DNA from: Longimicrobiales bacterium
GTDB lineage: Bacteria > Gemmatimonadota > Gemmatimonadetes > Longimicrobiales > Gaopeijiaceae
NCBI GenBank assembly: GCA_965198065.1
Contig: CBDAON010000004.1
Location: 352,001 to 416,000 of the forward strand
DNA: 64,000 bases
Direction: 5' to 3'
The translations under genes were made by a program, and so were the position numbers. The notes below the pieces were generated by a model. It was not told where the DNA came from, did not search any database, and worked only from the letters and a program-made list of their open reading frames with translations. Below are positions 1 through 10,137 of this stretch, piece by piece; position 1 is the stretch's first letter, and the number at the start of each line of letters is the position of its first letter.

Positions 1-565
1 CGCCGCGCTCCGCATGAGCGCGACGCTGGCCCGCCTCAGGGAAAAGTGGAAGGAGGAGGGAAAGCCGCTTCTCGAGGCCCGGGTCGGGATCAACACCGGA
101 GAGATGCTCGTCGGGAACCTCGGCAGCCACCGCATCATGGACTACACAGTCATGGGCGACCAGGTGAATCTCGCCTCCCGCCTGGAAGGGACGAACAAGC
201 TGTACGACACGGAAGTCATGGTTTCCGAGTTCACCTGGGAGGCCGTCAAGGACCACATGGTCGGCCGCGAGCTCGATCGAATCCGCGTGAAGGGGAAGAA
301 CGAGCCGGTGAGGATCTTCGAGATCTTGGCCGCACGCTCAAACGGCGCCCCCCCCGACCTCTCGGACCTTCTCGAGCGCTTCAGCCAGGAGCTCGGCCTT
401 TACGTGGAGCGGCGATTCGAAGAAGCGAGGGCCTCGTTCGAGGCCCTCGCTCGCGACTTTCCCGAAGACGGCCCGACCGCGCTTTACATGGAGCGCTGCG
501 CCGAATACGCCCAGAGCCCTCCGCCCGCGGACTGGGACGGCGTGTACACGATGAAGACCAAGTAG
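1..565 (+). CDS. Adenylate/guanylate cyclase (class III), C-terminal part; 5'-partial at window edge
   Basis: Motifs RVGINTG, DYTVMGDQVNLASRLEG and RVKGK, followed by a TPR-like tail. The frame is open back to the window start. Confidence 0.9.
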   Translation, partial: AALRMSATLARLREKWKEEGKPLLEARVGINTGEMLVGNLGSHRIMDYTVMGDQVNLASRLEGTNKLYDTEVMVSEFTWEAVKDHMVGRELDRIRVKGKNEPVRIFEILAARSNGAPPDLSDLLERFSQELGLYVERRFEEARASFEALARDFPEDGPTALYMERCAEYAQSPPPADWDGVYTMKTK

Positions 566-568
566 GGG

Positions 569-2158
569 TTACTCCAGCGGCCGCGAAATCACACACGCGT
601 TCACGCCGCCGACTCCCATGGAGAGCTTTCCCATCGGCTTCCTGGGGGCGGGACAACCCGTGTCGTACACGAACGCGTCGTGCAGGTCGGCGATCTCGGC
701 GTTCACCTCCCCCTTCTTGAGCGGAGTCGGGAACAGCCGCCCTCGCTCGGCCCCCAGGTACTGGGCCGTCAGCTCCCAGCCTCCTCCGGCGCTCATGCCG
801 TGCCCAAACGTCCCCTTTCGAGCCGTGACGAGAACGTCGGCCGGAAGCAGGTCCCTCAGGTTCTCCACCTCGACGTAGTCGCCCGGGGTGGCGGTCGCGT
901 GGAGGTCCCAGCTCCCTATCTCCTCCGGGGGGATCCCCGCCACCTCGAGCGCCTGGCGGATAGCCGATTGGGGTCCCTCCCTGGACGGCGTGATGATGTG
1001 GTCCGCGTCGGACGAGACGCCAACGGCGACCGGCTCCATTCCGAGGGGCCGGAACCCCTTCCCTTCCATGAACGCCCGGTCGCCCACGATCCAGACGACG
1101 GCCCCACCCGCAACGTGCGCGCCCCGGAGGCCCGTAAGGGGCTTCGACACCCTGCCGCCCGCGGCGAGCACCCTCCCCCTGTAGAAGGCTCCGACGATCA
1201 GGGGGTGCGGAGGCGGGTCCGTCGCGCCGATCACTACGGCCTTTGCTTCCCCGCGGCGGATCGCGTCCATGGCCACCTTCAGGCAAACGCCGAAGGTCGC
1301 GCACGCCGCCACCGGCGCGAAGGAGAATCCCGTAATGCCGCCCAGCATCGAGACCTGGGCCGCGGCGGTGTTCGGGATGTTCCAGAGCACGTTAGACGAA
1401 ACCTGGGCCCACGGAGGATCGGGCACCCCCCAGAGCTCCTGGAGCTTGGCGCGACTCCGTGCCTTGTCACGGATGAGCTTGAGCTTCCCGGCCTCCACCT
1501 CCCCACCCACAGACGCCTCCTCGATCTCTGCGAGCCCCTCGAGATACCTCCGGAGATCCGGAGAGCGCGCCGCCCAATAAGCGTTCCAAACGCGCGCGGC
1601 ATCGTGCCGATCGTCCTCGTCCTCGATCCCGGAAGGATCCGGGGGAACGTCTCCCAGCTCGGCCCTCACACGATCGGGATTCTCCTCGTAGCGGAAGCGA
1701 TCTGGGCATCGGGCCGGCTCGGCCCAGAAGCGGTCCCAGACGCGCTGCGCGCGATCCAACTCGAGCGTCACGCCGTGGATCGTCGGGAGCGAGCCCATCC
1801 CGATCCCTAGGTACACGTGCGCCTGGGGACCAAGATCCTGGAGGAGCGTCTCGATCCCCGGGTTCTGCCCAAGCGCCTGGATGAAGGCCCCCACCGCGTA
1901 GAGCGCGGTGGCCTCCATCTTGGACGTCAGCTGACGGAAGCGCGTGGGGGGGAAGCGGGCGTCGATCCAGGCACGATAGTCCGCGAGGTCGAACTCCGGG
2001 ACCCCGACGAGGAAGGAGCTCGGACCGAACTCTTCGAACCGCTCGAGCCAGCTCTCCGAGGTCTCGAGGTTCTTTCGGAACGTCTCGATGTTCGGAGACC
2101 GGGGGGCCACGATTCCCCAGCCGTAGACGCCGATCCGGGGTGATGGTCCCTCCGTCAC
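569..2158 (-). CDS. Beta-ketoacyl synthase family protein (FabF/FabB-like) with a large internal insertion
   Basis: Catalytic Cys in AACAT, His in HATATPGD, His in KGTFGHGM, and C-terminal GVGGVNA. Confidence 0.85.
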   Translation of the reverse strand: MTEGPSPRIGVYGWGIVAPRSPNIETFRKNLETSESWLERFEEFGPSSFLVGVPEFDLADYRAWIDARFPPTRFRQLTSKMEATALYAVGAFIQALGQNPGIETLLQDLGPQAHVYLGIGMGSLPTIHGVTLELDRAQRVWDRFWAEPARCPDRFRYEENPDRVRAELGDVPPDPSGIEDEDDRHDAARVWNAYWAARSPDLRRYLEGLAEIEEASVGGEVEAGKLKLIRDKARSRAKLQELWGVPDPPWAQVSSNVLWNIPNTAAAQVSMLGGITGFSFAPVAACATFGVCLKVAMDAIRRGEAKAVVIGATDPPPHPLIVGAFYRGRVLAAGGRVSKPLTGLRGAHVAGGAVVWIVGDRAFMEGKGFRPLGMEPVAVGVSSDADHIITPSREGPQSAIRQALEVAGIPPEEIGSWDLHATATPGDYVEVENLRDLLPADVLVTARKGTFGHGMSAGGGWELTAQYLGAERGRLFPTPLKKGEVNAEIADLHDAFVYDTGCPAPRKPMGKLSMGVGGVNACVISRPLE

Positions 2159-2236
2159 CGAGCCTCCCCGCTCGACGCGCCGGGGATGATCCGCGCTATG
2201 GCGGCCCGCGCTGCCGGTGCCACGGCCCCGCAGGCC

Positions 2237-3547
2237 TCAGCCCCTCTTCGCATTGGGGACGTAGGAGCGCTCCCCACTCCCCAGATAGACCTGACGGGGC
2301 CGGGCGATCTTCTGCTCCCGGTCCGAGAGCATCTCCTCCCACTGCGCAAGCCAGCCCACGGTCCGGGGAATCGCGAAGAGCACGGGGAACATCTCGACGG
2401 GGAACCCCATCGCCTGATAGATGAGCCCGGAGTAGAAATCCACGTTCGGATAGAGGTTCCGTGACACGAAGTAGTCCTCCCCGAGCGCAATCCTCTCCAG
2501 CTCGATCGCGATGTCCAGGAGCGGGTTCCGGCCGGCCACCTCGAAGACGTCGTGCGCCGTCTTCTTGATGATGCTCGCCCGGGGATCGTAGGCCTTGTAG
2601 ACGCGGTGCCCAAAGCCCATGAGCCGTCGCTCCCCAGCCTTCACCCGCTCGATGAACGCCGGGACCTCCTTCACGTCTCCGATCTCGCTTAACATCCGGA
2701 GGACCGCCTCGTTGGCCCCACCGTGGAGCGGCCCGTAGAGCGCAGCCATGGCTCCGGCCAGCGCCGAGAACGGGTCCGACTGCGAGCTTCCGATGACCCG
2801 CATGGCGGTCGTCGAGCAGTTCTGCTCGTGATCCGCGTGCAGGATGAAGAGCACGTCCAGGGCACGCTCGAAGACCGGGCTCGGGTCGTACTCCTTCACC
2901 CCGATCCGGAAGAGCATATTCAGGAAGTTCCCGGTGTAGGAAAGCCGATTCTCGGGATAGACGTACGGAAGACCCAAGTGGTGGCGGAACACGAACGCCG
3001 CGAGGGTGGGCATCTTCGCCACCAGCCGGACCACCTGGGTCCAGCGACTGGCGGGATCCAGGACGTTCTTGGCCCCCGGATAGAACGTGGAGAGGGCCCC
3101 GACCGCGGAGATCATCATCCCCATGGCGTGGGCGTCGTACCGGAACGCGCCCAGGAGCTTGGTGATGTTCTCGTGGATGTACGTGTGGTACGTGATCTCG
3201 TGAGTGAAAGCGTCCAGCTCGGAGTGCGTGGGGAGCTCGCCCTTCACGACTAGGTATGCGACTTCGAGGAAGGTCGCCTGCTCGGCCAGCTGCTCGATCG
3301 GGTAGCCACGGTACCGGAGAATCCCCTTCCCGCCGTCTATCTCCGTGACCGTGCTTCGCGTCGATGCTGTGTTCGTGTACGCGGGGTCGTACGCCATCAT
3401 CCCGAAGTCGCCATCGTTCACCCGGATCTGGCGGAGGTCCATGGCCCGGATCACGTCCCCCTCTAGGATCTCGATCTCGCACTCCTTGCCCGTCCGGTTG
3501 TCACGAACTGAGAGGCTGTTCCTGTAGTCCTTACCGCTGCCGGTCAT
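2237..3547 (-). CDS. gltA: Citrate synthase
   Basis: LHADHEQNCST, GPLHGGANE, GFGHRVYK.YDPRA and YPNVDFYSG motifs. Confidence 0.97.
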   Translation of the reverse strand: MTGSGKDYRNSLSVRDNRTGKECEIEILEGDVIRAMDLRQIRVNDGDFGMMAYDPAYTNTASTRSTVTEIDGGKGILRYRGYPIEQLAEQATFLEVAYLVVKGELPTHSELDAFTHEITYHTYIHENITKLLGAFRYDAHAMGMMISAVGALSTFYPGAKNVLDPASRWTQVVRLVAKMPTLAAFVFRHHLGLPYVYPENRLSYTGNFLNMLFRIGVKEYDPSPVFERALDVLFILHADHEQNCSTTAMRVIGSSQSDPFSALAGAMAALYGPLHGGANEAVLRMLSEIGDVKEVPAFIERVKAGERRLMGFGHRVYKAYDPRASIIKKTAHDVFEVAGRNPLLDIAIELERIALGEDYFVSRNLYPNVDFYSGLIYQAMGFPVEMFPVLFAIPRTVGWLAQWEEMLSDREQKIARPRQVYLGSGERSYVPNAKRG

Positions 3548-3837
3548 TCTCCCGCCTCCCTAGTGGCCTGTAACGGATGAACCCTTGACATTCGACGAAC
3601 AGCTGGAGTCGCCCGGGTGCCCCACCCGCGGATCCAGGGGGGGGGGTACCCGCTCCACCGTCCCCCTCCGGAAGGGCCGAAAGATACCACGGTACGGAGT
3701 GCGGAGGCTACCGGGGGTCGGGGTGTCATGAGGCGTGTCTCAGCTCGCCCCTTGCCGCACACGTCTCCGCTGAAAAGGTTGTTACCGGAACGCCACGACG
3801 GACCCCTCGCCAATCCGACTGAGAAGGAGCCGCACCC

Positions 3838-4122
3838 ATGGCCGCACTCTTCGAAGTCCACCACGCCGTGAACCTCAAGGATCGGTACCTCTTCGGCCTC
3901 GTGGGTGTCATCGAGGAGGGGATGGTTCACACGGGGATGGCCGCATCCCTGGCGGACGAAGAGGACGGAAGGGACTTTGCGGGAAAGGTGCACGGCGTGG
4001 AGTTCCTCGGCGTGGACGGCGTGCAGGAGCCCACCCTGACGTTCCACTACCGTGACCCCGAGAAGCTCAGGCGTTGGGAGTCCATCGACTGGGAGGGGAG
4101 GAAGGTCCGCCTGGAGTGGTGA
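3838..4122 (+). CDS. Hypothetical protein (94 aa, beta-rich)
   Basis: AAGGAG RBS upstream, natural composition, directly upstream of the EF-G-like gene. Confidence 0.7.
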   Translation: MAALFEVHHAVNLKDRYLFGLVGVIEEGMVHTGMAASLADEEDGRDFAGKVHGVEFLGVDGVQEPTLTFHYRDPEKLRRWESIDWEGRKVRLEW

Positions 4123-4176
4123 AGTAGCCTCCCGATCGAGGGAGGCCAGAGTGAGTCCATCGATTAGGGAGGTAGC

Positions 4177-6270
4177 ATGCCGTCAGCGAAGGAGTTCCCC
4201 ACCGAGCGCATCCGCAACGTCGCCGTCCTCGGGCACGCCGGATCGGGCAAGACCACCCTGGTCGACGCGCTCTGCTATGCCGCCGGCTCGGCCACGCGAA
4301 AGGGGAACGTCCAGGACGGGCACGCCGTCACCCTGACCACTCCGGAGGAGATCTCCCACCGCGTCTCCATGCAGCTCACTCCGGCTTTCGTGGAGTGGGA
4401 AGACACGAAGATCAATCTGCTCGACACGCCCGGGTACCTGGACTTCACCGGGGAGGCCGTTGCCGCAGTTCGGGCCGCGGACGCGGCGATCATCTTAGTC
4501 AGCGCGACCGCGGGGGTCGAGGTGGGGACCGAGAAGGTTTGGGAGTACTGCGAGGCCCGCGGCATCCCGCGCATCGTGGTGGCGTCCATGATGGACAAGG
4601 AGCACGCGGACTTCGACTCGGCGTTCCAGGACGTGAAGGAGCGGCTCACAGAGAAGGTCGTCTCGATCGAGATCCCGATTGGATCCGGTGAAAGCTTCCG
4701 GGGGCTCGTGAACCTGTTCCGTGAGCAGGCGCACATCTACAAGGCCCCCGACGGTAAGGGGGAGTTCGACGTGAGCGATGTTCCGGAGGAGCTCCAGGGA
4801 CGCTTCGAGGAGTGGCGCACGGAACTCCAGGAGACGCTCGCCACGTTGGACGAGGAGCTGCTGGAGCAGTACCTGGAGGGCGGAAAGATCGCGCGCGAGG
4901 AAGCCATTCAGGCAATGGCCCAGGGAATGAAGCGGCGCGAGGTCTTCCCGGTGCTCCTCGGATCCGGTCGGCACGGGTACGGGACGCGAGCGCTCCTCCA
5001 CAGGATCGTCCAGCTCCTCCCGAACCCGGCGGAGGCGACGCCCAATACCGCCCGCCCCGCGAGTGGGGGCGACGAGACGATCACCTTGAAGGCGTCGGAC
5101 GAGGAACGGTTCGCGGCGCTCGTATTCAAGACCACGGCCGAGCCCCACGTCGGCCACCTCTCGATCTTCCGGGTCGTGAGCGGTTCCGTGAAGAACGGAG
5201 CCCAGGTTCTGAACGTCGAGCGGAACGCCTCGGAGAAGCTGAACCATCTGTCGGTCCCCTTCGGGAAGGAGCGCCCGGACGTCCCCGAGCTGCACGCCGG
5301 AGACATCGGAGTCGTGGCTAAGCTCCGTGACACGCACACGAACGACACGCTGGCCGACTCGGGGCGCCCCGTCGTCCTTCCCGGCGTGCGCTTCCCACGC
5401 CCCGACATCACCCTGGCCGTGCGAGGCGTCGCCCGGAGCGACGAGGACAAGCTCGGGGAGGTGCTCGCGAGTCTCCGCGAGGAGGACCCGTGCTTCCAGT
5501 TCGAGTTCAACGCCGAGCTCCACCAGACGATCGTGCGCGGGCTCGGCGAGCTCCACCTCGACGTCCAGATCGAGAAGATGGCTCGGAAGTACGGCGTCAC
5601 GGTCGAGACGGAGCAGCCGAGGATCGCGTATCGTGAGACGATCACGAGGAAGGCCGAGGCCCACGGCCGCTTCAAGAAGCAGACGGGGGGCCGTGGCCAG
5701 TTCGGGGACTGCTGGATACGGTTGGAGCCCCTCGCGCCGGGCGAGGGCTACGAGTTCGTGAACTCGATCAAGGGCGGGGCGATTCCGGGGAAGTTCGTGC
5801 CCTCCGTGGATCGCGGGATCCGCGAGGCTGCGGCCAAGGGCGTGCGCGCCGGCTATCCGGTGGTCGACTTCAAGGCGGTGTGCTACGACGGGGGGTACCA
5901 CGCCGTGGACTCCTCGGACATCGCCTTCCAGGTGGCCGGATCCCTCGCGTTCCGTCAGGCGGTGGAGAGCGCGGGAGCGGTCCTGCTCGAGCCGATCATG
6001 AAGGTTCGCGTCACAACCCCCGACTCGCACGTAGGGGACATCCTCGCCGACATCACCCAGCGGCGGGGGAAGGTCCTCGGAATGGAGGGGGATTCAGGCC
6101 GGACCACCGTGAAGGCGAGAGTGCCGGAGGCAGAGCTCTACAAGTATGCCGCGGCCTTACGCGCGATGACGCAGGGAAGAGCGCACCACGAGAGGGAGTT
6201 GGTGGCCTATGAGGCCGTTCCCGACGTGGTGACCAAGCGGATCATTGGAGAGGTCGAGAAGGCGTCCTAG
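4177..6270 (+). CDS. fusA: Elongation factor G-like protein (EF-G2/FusA2-type paralogue)
   Basis: GHAGSGKT, DTPG, GLGELHL, KKQTGGRGQFG, HAVDSS and LLEP motifs. G2 and G4 are divergent. GGAGG RBS. Confidence 0.9.
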   Translation: MPSAKEFPTERIRNVAVLGHAGSGKTTLVDALCYAAGSATRKGNVQDGHAVTLTTPEEISHRVSMQLTPAFVEWEDTKINLLDTPGYLDFTGEAVAAVRAADAAIILVSATAGVEVGTEKVWEYCEARGIPRIVVASMMDKEHADFDSAFQDVKERLTEKVVSIEIPIGSGESFRGLVNLFREQAHIYKAPDGKGEFDVSDVPEELQGRFEEWRTELQETLATLDEELLEQYLEGGKIAREEAIQAMAQGMKRREVFPVLLGSGRHGYGTRALLHRIVQLLPNPAEATPNTARPASGGDETITLKASDEERFAALVFKTTAEPHVGHLSIFRVVSGSVKNGAQVLNVERNASEKLNHLSVPFGKERPDVPELHAGDIGVVAKLRDTHTNDTLADSGRPVVLPGVRFPRPDITLAVRGVARSDEDKLGEVLASLREEDPCFQFEFNAELHQTIVRGLGELHLDVQIEKMARKYGVTVETEQPRIAYRETITRKAEAHGRFKKQTGGRGQFGDCWIRLEPLAPGEGYEFVNSIKGGAIPGKFVPSVDRGIREAAAKGVRAGYPVVDFKAVCYDGGYHAVDSSDIAFQVAGSLAFRQAVESAGAVLLEPIMKVRVTTPDSHVGDILADITQRRGKVLGMEGDSGRTTVKARVPEAELYKYAAALRAMTQGRAHHERELVAYEAVPDVVTKRIIGEVEKAS

Positions 6271-7482
6271 CGATCCGCGGCGGAGATGCGGCAGTTCGCG
6301 TCGCGGGTGACCCGGCAAGGGCCTCAATCTCCGTCACCGCGCGGCTCGTGCCGTCCTCCTCCGTCCGAACACGGCGACCGAGCGCCTCCGCGCGCTCGCG
6401 GTACCGAGCATCCGTCACGATGTCCCGCACACGGGCCGCCAGCCGTGCGGCCGTGAGGCGCCGAACCGGCAGGGGCGGAGGCGAGACGCCCAGGAGCCGC
6501 GCCCGCCCGGCCCAGAACGGCTGATCCATTCCAAACGGACAGCACACCTGGGGGCGCCCGGCCCGGACGGCAGCGCCCAGGGTTCCGGGGCCCCCATGGT
6601 GAATCACGACCGCGACGCGCGGCAGCAGCCACTCGTGTGGCACCCCCTCCCAGCCGTCCAGCGCCAGCACGCGACTCCCCTCCCCCCGAGCCGCGACCTC
6701 CCTCGGAGCCAGGGCACCCGACCCACGGGCCAGAAGGAGGCGTGCCCCCGTCGAGAGCACACCGTCCACGACCGCACGGGTCAGCTCGGTCGTCCGCGGG
6801 TGGGTCATGCTCCCGAAGCCGACGTAGACGGGTGGAGGGCCTGCCTCGAGAAAGCTCGTGAGCTCCGTCGGCGGCACCCACCCGTCGGGCGGCGGAAGGG
6901 TCCAGTACCCCACGGTCTTCCACTCCGGCTCCCAGTCCCCGGGCGTGGGCAGGACCGGTCCCGCCGCCACAGGTCACGCGTGCGGCGGATCGGGCCGAGG
7001 AGCATGTCGAGGACGCTATAGCTGGCCCGGTTCCCCCAGTTCCCCAGGGGTCGTCCCACCAAGAAAGTGGAGGGGAACTCGCGAGTGGGACAAAGCGTCG
7101 GGAGGGCACTCGCGAACACGACCGGGATCTTCCGGCGCTCCCCAATGTCAGACGCCGCGATCGCGCCCGGATGAGCGAGCAGGACGTCCGCCTCTTCGGT
7201 GGCGGAGAGACACTCGTTGAAAGCCCCGATCGCGCTCTCCCCGAAGGACCTCCAGCTCTCCATGAGGCCCGTGGGCGAGCGACTTTCGAGCACCGCTCTA
7301 AGACGCTTCAGCGGATCGTGGCTGAGAGGGATCCACGGGACGGCGTAGGGCTCGACCAGCCACCGGAAGCGTTCCGGGGCCGCGAGGACCACGGAGTGAC
7401 CGGACGCCAAGAGACCTCGAGCGAGCGCGACGTACGGCTGCACGTCGCCCCGGGATCCCAGCGAGAGGATAGCGACCCGCAT
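6242..7482 (-). pseudogene. GT1-family (sterol glucosyltransferase-like) glycosyltransferase, frameshifted near 6965
   Basis: N-half (GSRGDVQP) and C-half (YVGFGSM, HHGGPGT, PFGMDQPFW) lie in different frames. A segment normally present between them appears deleted. Confidence 0.75.
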
Positions 7483-7494
7483 CTCTCTCTCCGC

Positions 7495-8982
7495 TCAGTA
7501 GCGGTAGTGATCCGGCTTGTAAGGGCCTTCGACCGGCACACCGATGTACTCCGCCTGCTTCGGCGTGAGCTCGGTCAAGCGCACGCCCAGCTTCTCCAGA
7601 TGGAGCCGGGCAACCTTCTCGTCCAACACCTTTGGAAGCGTGTACACCTTCCGCTCGTAGGAGGCGGCGTTCGCGTGAAGGTCGAGCTGAGCCAGGACCT
7701 GGTTCGAGAACGACGCCGACATGACGAAGCTCGGGTGTCCGGTGGCGCATCCCAGGTTCAATAGCCGGCCCTCGGCCAGGACGAGCACGCTGTGTCCGTC
7801 CGGGAAGATGAACTCGTCGAGCTGGGGCTTGATTTCGTTCCTGCGGATCCCGCGCTTCTTCAGCCCGGCCATGTCGATCTCGTTGTCGAAGTGGCCGATG
7901 TTTCCGACGATCGCCTTGTCCTTCATCCGGGCCATGTGGTCCACGGTGATCACGGACGTGTTGCCCGTGGCTGTCACGAACACGTCGGCCGTCTCGATCA
8001 CGTCTTCGAGCTGGACCACATGGTAGCCCTCCATCGCGGCCTGGAGCGCGCAGATGGGATCGATCTCCGTAATCACGACACGCGCTCCCTGGCCGCGGAG
8101 CGCCTGGGCGCACCCCTTGCCCACGTCGCCGTAGCCACAGACCACGCACACCTTCCCGGCGAGCATGACGTCCGTGGCTCGGAGAATCCCGTCCGTGAGC
8201 GAGTGCCGGCAGCCGTAGAGGTTGTCGAACTTCGACTTGGTCACCGAGTCGTTCACGTTGACGGCAGGAAAGAGGAGCGTGCCGCTCCTCATCCGCTCGT
8301 AGAGCCGATGCACCCCCGTGGTGGTCTCCTCAGACACGCCCTGGATCTCCTTCGCCCACCGGGTCCAGCGAGTACCATCCTCTCGGAGCGACTGGCGGAG
8401 CAGGTCGAGGATGACTCCCCACTCCTCGGGTTGGGTCTCCGCGTCGAAGTCGGGGACCCGTCCCGCCCCCTCGTACTTGACCCCGAGGTGCACGAGGAGC
8501 GTCGCGTCGCCGCCGTCGTCCAGGAGAAGGTTCGGCCCCCGGCCATCCGGCCAGCGGAGCGCCTGGTCCGTGCACCACCAATACTCCTCCAGGGTCTCGT
8601 TCTTCCAGGCGAAGACCGGAACTCCCGCCGGAGCTTCCGGGGATCCACCCTTCCCGACCACCACGGCCGCCGCGGCTTGATCCTGGGTCGAGAGGATGTT
8701 GCAGGAGGCCCAGCGCACCTCCGCCCCGAGGTCATCGAGCGTCTCGATCAGGACGGCGGTCTGCACGGTCATGTGGAGGCTGCCCATGATCCTGGCGCCG
8801 TCCAGCGGACGCGCGGGGCCGAACTCCTCCCGGAGCGCCATGAGCCCCGGCATCTCGTGCTCGGCCAGGCGGATCTCCTCTCTTCCGAGCCTCCAGAGCG
8901 AGAGGTCCTTGACTTTGAAGTCCGGGCTTCCGTCGAGCTCCCTGGAGAGGAGCGGGTTCTTGGCCTTGGTGGCTACGGGCAT
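7495..8982 (-). CDS. ahcY: Adenosylhomocysteinase
   Basis: [47 protein letters not shown] and YKPDHYRY motifs. Confidence 0.98.
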   Translation of the reverse strand: MPVATKAKNPLLSRELDGSPDFKVKDLSLWRLGREEIRLAEHEMPGLMALREEFGPARPLDGARIMGSLHMTVQTAVLIETLDDLGAEVRWASCNILSTQDQAAAAVVVGKGGSPEAPAGVPVFAWKNETLEEYWWCTDQALRWPDGRGPNLLLDDGGDATLLVHLGVKYEGAGRVPDFDAETQPEEWGVILDLLRQSLREDGTRWTRWAKEIQGVSEETTTGVHRLYERMRSGTLLFPAVNVNDSVTKSKFDNLYGCRHSLTDGILRATDVMLAGKVCVVCGYGDVGKGCAQALRGQGARVVITEIDPICALQAAMEGYHVVQLEDVIETADVFVTATGNTSVITVDHMARMKDKAIVGNIGHFDNEIDMAGLKKRGIRRNEIKPQLDEFIFPDGHSVLVLAEGRLLNLGCATGHPSFVMSASFSNQVLAQLDLHANAASYERKVYTLPKVLDEKVARLHLEKLGVRLTELTPKQAEYIGVPVEGPYKPDHYRY

Positions 8983-8997
8983 CTTTCCTTCCTCGGA

Positions 8998-9945
8998 TCA
9001 GGTTCGGGTGGTGGCGCAAAGGTTGAACAGGAGGGGCCCGGCCGCGCTCGGGTCCGCCGGAAGCTCCGAGAGGCGAGGCGGATCGAACCCCGCGGCCTCG
9101 AGCCAGCCGGTCAGATCCTCACGGGTAAAACCGAGCCAGACGTGGCCCATTTCCTCCCGGAACGCGGTCCGCTGGTGACGCACCATGTCCAGGATCAGAA
9201 TCCTCCCCCCAGGCCGGAGAGCCCGGTGGACTTCCGCGAGAGCCCGGGGCGGGTCCACCACGTAGTGGAGCACGAGGGACAGGATGGCCAGGTCGAGGGT
9301 CCGTTCGCCGATGGGTAGCGCTTCCAGGTCGCCCTCCCGCACGTCCACGTTCTCCTGCCCTGCGAGCCTCTCGCGGGCCACCCGGAGCATCTCGGCGGAG
9401 CGGTCCACGGCCACGACCTGGCGCGCGAAGGGCGCGAGGAGCCGGGTTAGTCGTCCGGTCCCACACCCCAGATCCCCCACTACGTCCCCGGGGCGGAGCA
9501 GCGCGGGGAGGAGCCGCAAGTCCACCTCGGCCCCGAACAGCTCCTCACGCAGTGTGTCCCACCGCCCGGCTGCCGAGGAAAAGAAGGCCCTCGAGCGCTC
9601 GGCCCTCGCGTCGAGCACGCTCTTCGCGCGCGCCCGATCGGCCTCGGCCGCCGGGCTCCGGGAGAGCTCGCCTCGCACGGCGTCCCAAAGGGCTCGGGCC
9701 GACGCCTCGAGCGACGGAGATACGCGGTAGTGCCGGCTGGGGCCCTCGGCGCGCGCCGTGAGCCACCCTTCGCGGGACAGGATCCGGAGGTGTCGGCTCA
9801 CCGTGGACTGGGGAAGCTGCACCACCTGGCAGATCTCCGAAACGGTGAGCTCGCTCCCGTCGAGGAGGAGCAGGATCCTCGCTCGGGTCTCGTCGGCGAG
9901 CGAGCTGAGCCGGCCTAGGACCGGAACTGGAGAAGAGATGGCCAC
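8998..9945 (-). CDS. sahR: ArsR-HTH / SAM-methyltransferase fusion regulator (SahR-like)
   Basis: N-terminal ArsR HTH (QSTVSRHL) and C-terminal DLGCGTG MTase domain; immediately upstream of ahcY. Confidence 0.85.
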   Translation of the reverse strand: MAISSPVPVLGRLSSLADETRARILLLLDGSELTVSEICQVVQLPQSTVSRHLRILSREGWLTARAEGPSRHYRVSPSLEASARALWDAVRGELSRSPAAEADRARAKSVLDARAERSRAFFSSAAGRWDTLREELFGAEVDLRLLPALLRPGDVVGDLGCGTGRLTRLLAPFARQVVAVDRSAEMLRVARERLAGQENVDVREGDLEALPIGERTLDLAILSLVLHYVVDPPRALAEVHRALRPGGRILILDMVRHQRTAFREEMGHVWLGFTREDLTGWLEAAGFDPPRLSELPADPSAAGPLLFNLCATTRT

Positions 9946-9960
9946 GTAACGTTAATCCTT

Positions 9961-9980
9961 GTATCCGGATTAACAGATAT
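9961..9980. promoter_or_regulatory. Putative SahR operator, GTATCCGGATTAACAGATAT
   Basis: TATC-N10-GATA palindrome in an AT-rich patch 15 bp upstream of the sahR start; resembles the 20-bp ATATC...GATAT SahR box. Confidence 0.6.
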
Positions 9981-10137
9981 TACCTATGGAGCGGTCCGTC
10001 AAGGGGAGCGGGCATCCCGGCCCCGGACGGTCCGTACCCGTGACCCCAGGCGGGGCGAGCGGTGCCGCGGCGCTCCTTTCCCCAGGCCCCCTCCGTGCAT
10101 ACTCTTCGCCCGTCACCGACGACGAGGTCCTAGAAAC

